Of a stretch of DNA of 64,000 nt, positions 20,885 to 29,721 are shown piece by piece; position 1 is the first letter of the stretch; every line of letters begins with the position of its first letter. Under the pieces are notes generated by a model. It ran no database searches. It saw only the letters and a program-made list of their open reading frames with translations, and was not told where the DNA came from. Origin of the DNA: an uncultured Verrucomicrobiae bacterium (GTDB lineage Bacteria; Verrucomicrobiota; Verrucomicrobiia; Chthoniobacterales; JAATET01); assembly GCA_963719495.1 (NCBI GenBank), contig CAVRCI010000013.1, forward strand, positions 608,001 through 672,000, read 5' to 3'. A program made the translations under genes and the position numbers.

Positions 20885-21127
20885 CTACCGGCGTTGCCGC
20901 GGCGGCCGACCGCTTTCGCGGAAGGTGATGCGCGCTTTCGTCAGATCGTAGGGCGAGAGCTCGATAGTCACCGCGTCACCGGGAACGATGCGGATGAAGT
21001 GCTTGCGCATCTTTCCGGAGATGTGCGCGAGAACGAGATGACCGTTCGGAAGTTTCACACGAAACATTGTGCCGGGTAACACGTCGGTGACGACGCCTTG
21101 ACTGGTAATTGCTTCCTCTTTTGCCAT
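20885..21127 (-). CDS. infA: Translation initiation factor IF-1
   Basis: MAKEEAI...[17 protein letters not shown]...[13 protein letters not shown]. Confidence 0.95.
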   Translation of the reverse strand: MAKEEAITSQGVVTDVLPGTMFRVKLPNGHLVLAHISGKMRKHFIRIVPGDAVTIELSPYDLTKARITFRESGRPPRQRR

Positions 21128-21138
21128 GCGGGAGCGGA

Positions 21139-22233
21139 CTAGTAGTCGCAAACCGTTTCGAAATCAACCCACTTTACGAGCGAAGCCAAATTCCCCACGC
21201 CCTCCGCGTGCCACGTCAGCGGTGGATTCTGCATCCGCCCAAGCGCGCAAATCCGCGAAACCGGCAGCCCCGAGACGCGCCCGGCGTTCGCCTCGGTCAC
21301 CGGCCAGATCCCCACCGCCGCCAGCCACGGTGCGACCGGGGCGAGCGCAAACTCGAAATCTTCCGGCAAGGGTTTCACGAAGACGACGCGGTTCAGCGGC
21401 GACGTCGCGAACCACGCGTCCTCCTCGAAAATGACGGTCCAATCCGTCCCGCCCTCGCTCGCCCACAACTGCGTCCGCACGTCGCTCGCCGACCGGAACG
21501 CGTAGCTGGCCCGCAAATCCACGATCGCCGCCGCCTCGCCGATTCCAAGCCGCCGCCGCGGCGTGTGCGCATTGAATTCCGCCATCTCGCGAGCCAACTC
21601 CGCCGCGAAGCCCCGCGCCGTCAGATCCCCGCCCTCCGCGACGTAGATCACGTGCGGCGAAAGGCACCCCTGCTGATCGAACAGCGAAACATCCCGCGCC
21701 GCCCGCCGAGCCGCCTTCCCGCCGTCTTCGAACACGACCCCGAAACTCACCCGATGTCCGTGCGCCTGAAACGGCACCCCCACCGGTGTCCGCCGCCGAA
21801 ATTCCGCCACCGTCTCGTCGCTTCCAAAAACCACCACCGCACCGGCTTCCCGCAGCCAGGTATCCGGCAACGCCTCCGCCAGCTCGACCCGCTCCCGCAA
21901 TTCCTCCGGCAGCGCCCCCACGAACACTCCAACTTCCGCCAGCCCGCCCTGCGGCAATTTCACCCGATTCCGCGACCCCAACAGCAGCCCCCGCACCAGA
22001 CTCTGCAAAGCTCCGTGCGGCGTATTCCCGCTCACCACGTGCAAAATAATCTCCGGCGCCACCACCCGAGCCCGCCGCGAACCATAACCCGCAAACCCAT
22101 CGAGAATCCCATCGCCGCCCAACTCCAAACGAATCACCTCGAGCAAATCGTCCACCGTCACCGTCCCCAACAAATCCACCACAACCCCCGCGGCCTCCGC
22201 AATCGCCCCCGCCCGCTTCATCGTAGTCATCAT
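21139..22233 (-). CDS. Acyl-CoA reductase (LuxC-like)
   Basis: [36 protein letters not shown]. Confidence 0.8.
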   Translation of the reverse strand: MMTTMKRAGAIAEAAGVVVDLLGTVTVDDLLEVIRLELGGDGILDGFAGYGSRRARVVAPEIILHVVSGNTPHGALQSLVRGLLLGSRNRVKLPQGGLAEVGVFVGALPEELRERVELAEALPDTWLREAGAVVVFGSDETVAEFRRRTPVGVPFQAHGHRVSFGVVFEDGGKAARRAARDVSLFDQQGCLSPHVIYVAEGGDLTARGFAAELAREMAEFNAHTPRRRLGIGEAAAIVDLRASYAFRSASDVRTQLWASEGGTDWTVIFEEDAWFATSPLNRVVFVKPLPEDFEFALAPVAPWLAAVGIWPVTEANAGRVSGLPVSRICALGRMQNPPLTWHAEGVGNLASLVKWVDFETVCDY

Positions 22234-22405
22234 CCCCCGCAACCAAACAGCGCTCCCCAAATCAGAGCAAGAGCATCCCGATCATCCCCCGCGTCCCTCC
22301 CCCCAACTGTCATGTTGAGCGAAGCAAAACATCTCTGGCTTCTCACCATGTATTAGCATTCCACTATTCACCATTCACCATTCACAAATCACCCCACCCC
22401 ACCCC

Positions 22406-23017
22406 ATGCCGGAGAACATCCACACCGAATTCCACCGCTTCCTCACCCCCGCCGACAAGGAAAGCCTCCTCAACCAGCGCGGCGGCGTCTTCTGGTTGAT
22501 CGGCCTCTCCGGCTCCGGCAAATCCACCATCGCCAACGCCGCCGAGCGCACGCTCCACGAAGCCGACCGTTTCACCACCATCCTCGACGGCGACAACCTC
22601 CGCAGCGGCCTCAATTCCAACCTCGGTTTCACCGACGACGACCGCCGGGAGAACATCCGCCGCACCGCCGAAGTCGCCAAGCTCTTCGCCAGCGCCGGCG
22701 TCATCACCTTCGTCTCCCTCATCACCCCCCGCGAAGCCTTCCGCGCCATGGCCCGGGAGATCGTCGGCCCCGCCTACCACGAGATCTTCGTGAGCGCCCC
22801 GTTCGCCCTCTGCGCCGACCGCGATCCCAAGGGCCTCTACAAAAAAGCCGCCGCCGGCGGCGTCGCCAACTTCACCGGCAAAGACAGCTCCTTCGAGCCC
22901 CCGACCAACCCCGATCTCCACCTCGACACCGAAACCACCACCGCCGCCGACTGCGCGAAGCGACTCAGCGACTTCGTCGAGTCGAAGGTGATGGGGTCCA
23001 AAGTCGGAAAGTCATAA
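22406..23017 (+). CDS. cysC: Adenylyl-sulfate kinase
   Basis: GLSGSGKST, LDGDNLR, RDPKGLY. Confidence 0.93.
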   Translation: MPENIHTEFHRFLTPADKESLLNQRGGVFWLIGLSGSGKSTIANAAERTLHEADRFTTILDGDNLRSGLNSNLGFTDDDRRENIRRTAEVAKLFASAGVITFVSLITPREAFRAMAREIVGPAYHEIFVSAPFALCADRDPKGLYKKAAAGGVANFTGKDSSFEPPTNPDLHLDTETTTAADCAKRLSDFVESKVMGSKVGKS

Positions 23018-23078
23018 GGTCGGAAAGTCGAAGTGCGCTGACGCGGTCGCTGACTTTCGACCTTCAGACCTTCGACCT

Positions 23079-24341
23079 CAGGGCCGACGCATCAAAAAAG
23101 ATCGCGATGGAGGAAGTTTGGGCTGGTACTATATTTTCCCGTGCGTAGATGGAGGAGATGCCCGAAACGCATCCCATCCAAAAAAGCCTGATCGAAGAGT
23201 TCAAACGCATAGAAGATCCGCGAGTATCGCGCACTCGCTACCATGAGTTGAGCGACATTCTAGTGATCGCGATCTCGACGCTTTTGTGCGCGGGCACGTC
23301 TTTCTACGACATGGAAGAGTTCGGTCGGGCCAAGGAAAAATGGTTCCGAACGTTTCTGAAGTTGCCCAACGGCATCCCCAGCCACGACACGTTCAATCGC
23401 GTGTTTTCGCTGATCAATCCGGCGAGTTTTCACGAGTGCTTCATGAGGTGGACGCAGAGCGTGCGCGAACACATCGACCGGGAAATCGTCGCCGTCGACG
23501 GCAAAGCCCTCCGCGCAGCCTGCCAGGACGGCGGGAATGTGCGCTTCATCGTCAATGCTTGGGCAACCAGCAATCGACTTGTCCTGGGGCAGCTCGAAGT
23601 GCCCGACAAAACCAACGAAATCACGGCGGTTCCCACGCTGCTGCGAGCGTTGGAACTGCGTGGCTGCATCGTGAGCACCGACGCGATGGGGTGCCAGAAA
23701 GAGATCGCCCGAGAAATCATCGAGGCCGACGCCGATTACGTTCTCGCTCTCAAAGGCAATCACCAAACCGTCCATGAGGAAGTCAAAAGCTTCCTCGATG
23801 CCGAATTTGATCGCGAGCTCCAGAGCCCTCCAGTGCCCAAACCATCCACGAAGAAACCACCAAGCGCTCCCACTTTCGCATTCCTGGAAACCGTCGACAA
23901 AGGCCACGGGCGCTTGGAAATCCGGCGCTATTTCCAAAGCGTCGCCATCGACTGGTTCGCAGACATCAGCCAATGGGAAGGGCTGCAGAGCGTCGGAATG
24001 GTCGAATCCAGCCGCGAAATCAAAGGTCAAATCAGCGTGGAAAGACGCTACTTCCTGAGCAGCCTGCCCCTCGACGTCGGACTTTTCGCTCAAGCCGTCC
24101 GTGGACATTGGGGCGTGGAAAACTCCTGCCACTGGGTCTTGGACGTCATCCTGCGCGAAGATGGTTCCCGCGCTCGAACCGCTCACGCCGCCGAGAATCT
24201 CGCCACCCTGCGCCGCCTCGCCCTAAACCTGCTCTCTCGCGAAAAGTCCAAAAAACGCAGCATCAAGACCAAACAACTCGTCGCAGCCTGGGATCACGAC
24301 TTCCTCCTGCACCTCCTCAATTTTTAGATGCGTCGGCCCTG
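23079..24341 (+). mobile_element. ISAs1-family IS with 15 bp perfect TIRs (CAGGGCCGACGCATC) and 10 bp target duplication CCTTCGACCT
   Basis: TIRs 23079-23093 and 24327-24341; TSD 23069-23078 and 24342-24351. Confidence 0.92.
23149..24327 (+). CDS. ISAs1 family transposase
   Basis: GIPSHDTF, AVDGK, KTNEI, DAMGCQ, LKGNH, HGRLE, HWGVEN. Confidence 0.95.
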   Translation: MEEMPETHPIQKSLIEEFKRIEDPRVSRTRYHELSDILVIAISTLLCAGTSFYDMEEFGRAKEKWFRTFLKLPNGIPSHDTFNRVFSLINPASFHECFMRWTQSVREHIDREIVAVDGKALRAACQDGGNVRFIVNAWATSNRLVLGQLEVPDKTNEITAVPTLLRALELRGCIVSTDAMGCQKEIAREIIEADADYVLALKGNHQTVHEEVKSFLDAEFDRELQSPPVPKPSTKKPPSAPTFAFLETVDKGHGRLEIRRYFQSVAIDWFADISQWEGLQSVGMVESSREIKGQISVERRYFLSSLPLDVGLFAQAVRGHWGVENSCHWVLDVILREDGSRARTAHAAENLATLRRLALNLLSREKSKKRSIKTKQLVAAWDHDFLLHLLNF

Positions 24342-24404
24342 CCTTCGACCTTCCGACTCATTGACATTCGACCTTCCGACTTTCAGACTCCCCCGCTCGA
24401 TCCG

Positions 24405-25310
24405 ATGCCCGATTACAATCTCAGCCACCTTGACCAACTCGAGGCCGAGGCCATTTTCATCCTCCGCGAGACCGCCGCGCAGTTCCGCAAACCCGCCCTC
24501 CTCTTCTCCGGCGGTAAGGATTCCATCCTCATGGCGCACCTCGCGCACAAAGCGTTCTGGCCCTCGAAGCTCCCGTTCCCCCTCGTCCACGTCGACACGG
24601 GCCACAATTTCGACGAGACGATGACCTACCGCGACGCCTACGTCGAAAAGCTCGGTGCCGAGCTCGTCGTCGGCTCCGTCCAGCAATCCATCGACGAAGG
24701 CCGCGTCGTCGAAGAGAAGGGCGTCAACGCCTCCCGCAACAAACTCCAGACCGTCACCCTCCTCGACACCATCGAGGCCAATCAATACGACGCCTGCCTC
24801 GGCGGCGGCCGCCGCGACGAGGAGAAAGCCCGCGCCAAGGAGCGCTTCTTCTCCCACCGCGACGATTTCGGTCAATGGGACCCCAAAAACCAGCGTCCCG
24901 AACTCTGGAATCTCTTCAATGGCCGCAAGAACGAGGGCGAACACTTCCGCGTCTTCCCGCTCTCGAACTTCACCGAGATGGACGTCTGGCTCTACATCCA
25001 GCGCGAGGAGATCGACCTGCCATCCCTCTACTTCTCGCACGAACGCGACGTCTTCGTCCGCAACGGCACGATGCTGGCCGTCACCGACTTCCTGAAGCCG
25101 CAGGAAAACGAAACCGTCGAGCGCAAGGTCGTGCGATTCCGCACCATCGGCGACGCCACCTGCACCGGAGCCGTCGAATCCCACGCCGCCACCCTCGACG
25201 ACATCATCGAGGAAGTCGCCGCCTCGCGCCAAACCGAACGCGGCACCCGCTCCGACGACAAACGTTCCGAGACCTCCATGGAAGACCGCAAACGCGAGGG
25301 GTATTTTTGA
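24405..25310 (+). CDS. cysD: Sulfate adenylyltransferase subunit 2
   Basis: FSGGKDS, GGGRRDEEKARAKER, WDPKNQRPELW, KREGYF. Confidence 0.95.
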   Translation: MPDYNLSHLDQLEAEAIFILRETAAQFRKPALLFSGGKDSILMAHLAHKAFWPSKLPFPLVHVDTGHNFDETMTYRDAYVEKLGAELVVGSVQQSIDEGRVVEEKGVNASRNKLQTVTLLDTIEANQYDACLGGGRRDEEKARAKERFFSHRDDFGQWDPKNQRPELWNLFNGRKNEGEHFRVFPLSNFTEMDVWLYIQREEIDLPSLYFSHERDVFVRNGTMLAVTDFLKPQENETVERKVVRFRTIGDATCTGAVESHAATLDDIIEEVAASRQTERGTRSDDKRSETSMEDRKREGYF

Positions 25311-25344
25311 GTCGGAAGGTCGAAGGTCTGAACGTCGAAGGTCG

Positions 25345-25707
25345 ATGAATGCCGAGCGGTTCGAAGATTTGCGCGTCTCGCAGCAAGCTAGGCAACAGGC
25401 GGGTGAGGTCTATGGTCTGATGACTCACTGTCCGAAAGCGTCGCGTGATTTCGGCTTTCGAGACCAGATTCAAAGGGCGGCAGTCTCGGTCATGAATAAC
25501 GTCGCCGAGGGTTTCGAATACCGATCCGACGCCGATTTCGCCCGTTTTCTCGGCCACGCCAAAGGCTCCTGCGCCGAAGTCCGCAGCATGTTCTATCTCG
25601 CCGAAGATCTCGGCTACTGCCGCGAGGCGGATCTGTCCGCCCACCGAGATCGTTCCGAAGTCCTAAGCAAGGGCCTTGCCACCCTCCAAAACTACCTACG
25701 CCAGTAG
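25345..25707 (+). CDS. Four helix bundle protein (IVS/Avd-like)
   Basis: FEDLRV, RDQIQRAAVSVMNNVAEG, AKGSCAEV. Confidence 0.9.
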   Translation: MNAERFEDLRVSQQARQQAGEVYGLMTHCPKASRDFGFRDQIQRAAVSVMNNVAEGFEYRSDADFARFLGHAKGSCAEVRSMFYLAEDLGYCREADLSAHRDRSEVLSKGLATLQNYLRQ

Positions 25708-25714
25708 GCAAATT

Positions 25715-26110
25715 GACCTTCCGACCTTCCGACCTTCCGACCTTCCGACCTTCCGACCTTCCGACCTTCCGACCTTCCGACCTTCCCGACCTTCCCGACC
25801 TTCCGACCTTCCGACCTTCCGACCTTCCAACCTTCCCGACCTTCCCGACCTTCCCGACCTTCCCGACCTTCCCGACCTTCCCGACCTTCCCGACCTTCCG
25901 ACCTTCCCGACCTTCCCGACCTTCCCGACCTTCCCGACCTTCCGACCTTCCCGACCTTCCCGACCTTCCCGACCTTCCGACCTTCCGACCTTCCCGACCT
26001 TCCCGACCTTCCCGACCTTCCGACCTTCCGACCTTCCGACCTTCCCGACCTTCCCGACCTTCCGACCTTCCGACCTTCCCGACCTTCCCGACCTTCCCGA
26101 CCTTCCCGAC
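25715..26110. repeat. Mixed GACCTTCC / GACCTTCCC tandem array, ~46 units
   Basis: Parsed directly; complementary GTCGGAAG-type units at 25311-25344. Confidence 0.95.
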
Positions 26111-26118
26111 CCTCCACC

Positions 26119-27363
26119 ATGGATATTCTACGCTTCACGACCGCTGGCTCCGTCGACGACGGCAAGTCGACCCTCATCGGCCGCCTCCTCTACGACTCCA
26201 AGAGCATTTTCGAGGACCAGATGACCGCCATGGAGGAGAGCTCCAAGCGCCGCGGCGACGCCACCGTCAACCTCGCCCTCCTCACCGACGGGCTGAAAGC
26301 CGAACGCGAACAAGGCATCACCATCGACGTCGCCTACCGCTACTTCGCCACGCCCAAGCGCAAATTCATCATCGCCGACACCCCCGGCCACATCCAATAC
26401 ACGCGCAACATGGTCACCGGCGCGTCGACCGCCAACCTCGCCATCATCCTCATCGACGCCCGCAAAGGCGTCATCGAGCAGACCAAGCGCCACTCCTTCA
26501 TCGCCGACCTCCTCAAGATCCAGCACATCGTCGTCTGCGTGAATAAGATGGATTTGGTCGACTACGACGAAACCGTCTACAACCGGATCGTCGAGGATTA
26601 CAAATCCTTCGTCTCGCGCCAGTCCAGCCTCGTCGATCTCACGACCATCCCGATCAGCGCGCTCAACGGCGACAACGTCGTCGATAAATCCACCACCATG
26701 CCGTGGTACCAGGGTCCCTCCCTGCTCTACTTCCTGGAAACCGTCTACGTCGGCGGCGAACACAACCACGTCGACGCCCGTTTCCCCGTCCAATGGGTCA
26801 TTCGTCCCCAATCCAAGGAGCACCACGACTACCGCGGCTACGCTGGCCGCGTCGCCGGCGGCGTCTTCAAACCCGGCGACGACGTCGTCTGCCTCCCCTC
26901 CGGCTTCGTCACCACCATCAAGGGCATTCATTCCGCCGCCGGCGAACTCGACGAAGCCTTCGCGCCCCAGTCGACCACCCTCACCCTGGCCAACGAGATC
27001 GACATCTCGCGCGGCGACATGATCGCCAAGGCCAACAACCCGCCCAAGGTCGCGCAGGACATCGAGGCCATGATCTGCTGGTTCTCGCAGACCCCCATGC
27101 AGCCTCGCGGCAAATACGTCGTCCGCCACACCACCAACGAGACGCAGGCCGTCATCCGCGAGGTCCGATACCTCGTCGACATCAACACCCTCCACAAGGT
27201 CGAAGGCGCGACCACTTTCGCGCTCAACGACATTGGCCGGATCCAATTCCGCACCGCCGCCCCGCTCATCCACGACTCCTACCGCCGCAACCGCATCACC
27301 GGCTCGTTCATCCTGATCGACCCTCGCACGAACGAAACCGTCGCCGCCGGCATGATCGTGTAA
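26119..27363 (+). CDS. cysN: Sulfate adenylyltransferase subunit 1
   Basis: GSVDDGKST, EREQGITID, DTPGH, NKMD. Confidence 0.95.
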   Translation: MDILRFTTAGSVDDGKSTLIGRLLYDSKSIFEDQMTAMEESSKRRGDATVNLALLTDGLKAEREQGITIDVAYRYFATPKRKFIIADTPGHIQYTRNMVTGASTANLAIILIDARKGVIEQTKRHSFIADLLKIQHIVVCVNKMDLVDYDETVYNRIVEDYKSFVSRQSSLVDLTTIPISALNGDNVVDKSTTMPWYQGPSLLYFLETVYVGGEHNHVDARFPVQWVIRPQSKEHHDYRGYAGRVAGGVFKPGDDVVCLPSGFVTTIKGIHSAAGELDEAFAPQSTTLTLANEIDISRGDMIAKANNPPKVAQDIEAMICWFSQTPMQPRGKYVVRHTTNETQAVIREVRYLVDINTLHKVEGATTFALNDIGRIQFRTAAPLIHDSYRRNRITGSFILIDPRTNETVAAGMIV

Positions 27364-27509
27364 TTACGAAGCACCGGCCACTCCGTGCCATCGGGTTGCC
27401 TTCGGCGGTTTGCCCAAGGGCGATCTCCGGGCCTGCCTCCGATTCCGCTTCGCTCCGGCTCCAGCCGATCACCAACCCAGAATCGGCCGAGGCCGATCAA
27501 ATTTCCACC

Positions 27510-28277
27510 ATGATCGACGACCTCCTCCAAATCGCCCGCGCCGCTGGGGCCATCATCTTCGAACACTACGGCCAGCCCATCCCGGCGGAGAAAAAGGCCG
27601 ACGATTCCCCACTCACCATCGCCGACCGAGCCTCCCACGCCCACATCGTCGCAGCGCTCGCCCGCCTCACCCCCGACATCCCGATCATCTCCGAGGAAGG
27701 GGAACTCCCGACCCCCGCTGAGCGTTCCGGCTGGAATCGCTTCTGGCTCGTCGACCCCCTCGACGGCACGAAGGAATTCATCAAGCAAACCGGCGAATTC
27801 ACCGTAAACATAGGCCTCATCGAGGACGGCATTCCCACCACCGGGGTCGTTTACGCTCCCGTGACCGGCCTGATGTATTGGGCCGCCGACGGCACGGCTT
27901 GGAAACAGCTCGCCGCCGACGCCCCAACCCGGATCGAGAGCGGCAGCTACACCGCCAGCGCTCCCCCGACCCTGGTCGCCAGCCGCGACCACGCGGGCCC
28001 CGCCGTCAAGGAGCTGACCAATCGCCACCCCACCGCCGCCCTCCGCAGCATGGGCAGCTCACTCAAGTTTTGCCTCGTGGCCGAAGGGGCCGCCGACCTC
28101 TACCTGCGCGACGTCCCGACCATGGAATGGGACACCGCCGCCGCCCACGCCGTCCTCCTCGCAGCCGGCGCGTCGCTCCGCCAGCTCGACGGCGCTCCGC
28201 TCGCCTACAACAAGGCCGAACTCCGCAACCCCGCCATCGTGACCTTGCGGCCCGGCGCGGACGTCCTGCTAGCGTAG
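27510..28277 (+). CDS. cysQ: 3'(2'),5'-bisphosphate nucleotidase
   Basis: DPLDGTKEF, GSSLKFC, EWDTAA. Confidence 0.92.
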   Translation: MIDDLLQIARAAGAIIFEHYGQPIPAEKKADDSPLTIADRASHAHIVAALARLTPDIPIISEEGELPTPAERSGWNRFWLVDPLDGTKEFIKQTGEFTVNIGLIEDGIPTTGVVYAPVTGLMYWAADGTAWKQLAADAPTRIESGSYTASAPPTLVASRDHAGPAVKELTNRHPTAALRSMGSSLKFCLVAEGAADLYLRDVPTMEWDTAAAHAVLLAAGASLRQLDGAPLAYNKAELRNPAIVTLRPGADVLLA

Positions 28278-28457
28278 GGGATTCCCCGAAATTTGACGCC
28301 AAGGAATTTTCTGTTTCTCATCGGGCGCGCCGCGGTTTATCCAATCCTCAGACCAACAAGTCGGTTCCTGATCGTATTGGAACGCGAGATGCTCACATTG
28401 CCTACCAACCTTCACCATTGACATACTCACCACACGTCCTTAACTAAAAACATACAC

Positions 28458-28931
28458 ATGAAAAAAATCGCCGCCATCCTTCTCACCACGGCCTTCGCCG
28501 TCACCGCGCTTCCGACCACGGCAAGCGCTCAAAGCAACGACAAAGATAAAAAGAAGATCAATCGTTTCTTCACAAAGCTGAAGAAGCTTCCAAACGCCCG
28601 CACTCGTCCGGCCAAAGTGATCTCCCTGTCTCGGAAGTTGGTCAAACTCGATCCTAAGAAAGCGAAGCGCTACTACAAGACGGCGACGGTCAAATTTCTC
28701 ACCGCCTTCGTCGAGCGAAAGTCAGTCCAATTGGACGGCATCTACACCCGCCTGCTGTCGAAAGCTGCCGCCCAAGGACAAATCAGCAATTCGATCGCCA
28801 AGCGGAACATCCGACAGGTGGAAAAGATCCTGGCTCGGATCATTCTCCGCAACGATCCAACTCCGACGCCACAACCGACCCCGACGCCTTATCAGGCATC
28901 GATCCACGATGGATCGATTCACTTCGCCTGA
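28458..28931 (+). CDS. Secreted Lys-rich hypothetical protein with PT-rich tail
   Basis: Signal peptide ending ASA; PTPTPQPTPTPYQ near C-terminus; own terminator. Confidence 0.7.
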   Translation: MKKIAAILLTTAFAVTALPTTASAQSNDKDKKKINRFFTKLKKLPNARTRPAKVISLSRKLVKLDPKKAKRYYKTATVKFLTAFVERKSVQLDGIYTRLLSKAAAQGQISNSIAKRNIRQVEKILARIILRNDPTPTPQPTPTPYQASIHDGSIHFA

Positions 28932-28960
28932 TTTAGTAAGGGATCAGGATTTTCATTGCG

Positions 28961-28988
28961 GAAAGGGGTGAATCATTTCACCCCTTTC
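28961..28988 (+). terminator. Hairpin terminator
   Basis: GAAAGGGGTGAA-TCAT-TTCACCCCTTTC followed by a pyrimidine-rich tract. Confidence 0.7.
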
Positions 28989-29093
28989 CCTCTTTTGTGC
29001 CCCGCCACCACCGGCAAATCTTACCCGTCGACAATCGACGGGGCGGCATATATCCCTTAAGGCTGTCCCGCAAGGGCTATCAATCCGCTGATC

Positions 29094-29717
29094 GTGTTTC
29101 GTAATTTGTGTCGTTTTGGGTTCAAGGGAATCGTCGTTGGTCTCCTGGTCGTATTGCTAGGTGGGTGCGCGGCCCCCGTTCAACAGCGCGAGGTTCTCCT
29201 GCCGGACTCGAATGTCTCGCCGGGCCTGTCGAACTATCGCCTTTCCGCCGGCGACATCGTGCAAGTCACTGTGTTTCAAGAAGCTGACATGCTTTCCGAA
29301 CAGCGGATCGCGCAGGACGGGTCGATCAACTTTCCTTTGGTCGGGCGGGTAGTCATCGGAAGCCAGACGGTCGAACAAGCTTCGGCAACGATCTCCGCTC
29401 GCTTGAAAGAGGGCTATTTGATCAATCCGCAGGTCACGGTGGGAGTCATTGAATACGCCCCACGGCGGTTTACGATTTTTGGCGAAGTCAATGGCTCCGG
29501 AAGCTTTGAAATTCCCAGCGAAGAGAGGATCCTGCTGCCCACCGCCGTCGCGATGGCGGGAGGCAGGACCCGCATCGGAAATCTTCGGGGGGTGACCGTG
29601 ACCCGCAACCATCCGGACGGCATCACGGAATACAAAGTGAACCTCCTAACGCCGCAAGGCCGTCAATTCGTCATCGAGGACAAGGACATCATCACCGTTC
29701 CGGAAAGCCTCTTTTAG
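29094..29717 (+). CDS. Polysaccharide export lipoprotein (Wza-like)
   Basis: Lipobox LGGC; YRLSAGD, DGSINFPLVG, SLBB-like GEV, VPESLF. Confidence 0.88.
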   Translation: MFRNLCRFGFKGIVVGLLVVLLGGCAAPVQQREVLLPDSNVSPGLSNYRLSAGDIVQVTVFQEADMLSEQRIAQDGSINFPLVGRVVIGSQTVEQASATISARLKEGYLINPQVTVGVIEYAPRRFTIFGEVNGSGSFEIPSEERILLPTAVAMAGGRTRIGNLRGVTVTRNHPDGITEYKVNLLTPQGRQFVIEDKDIITVPESLF

Positions 29718-29721
29718 GCCC

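Noticed and set aside
18633..20951. Long opposite-strand or alternate-frame ORFs (also 6204-8186, 12061-14001, 21109-22356)
   Set aside because: High-GC shadow frames over well-supported genes
25676..26224. ORFs with PTFRPSDL / GRSEGRK repeats, and similar ones at 2939-3458 and the 5' part of 38404
   Set aside because: They are translations of stop-free non-coding tandem repeats
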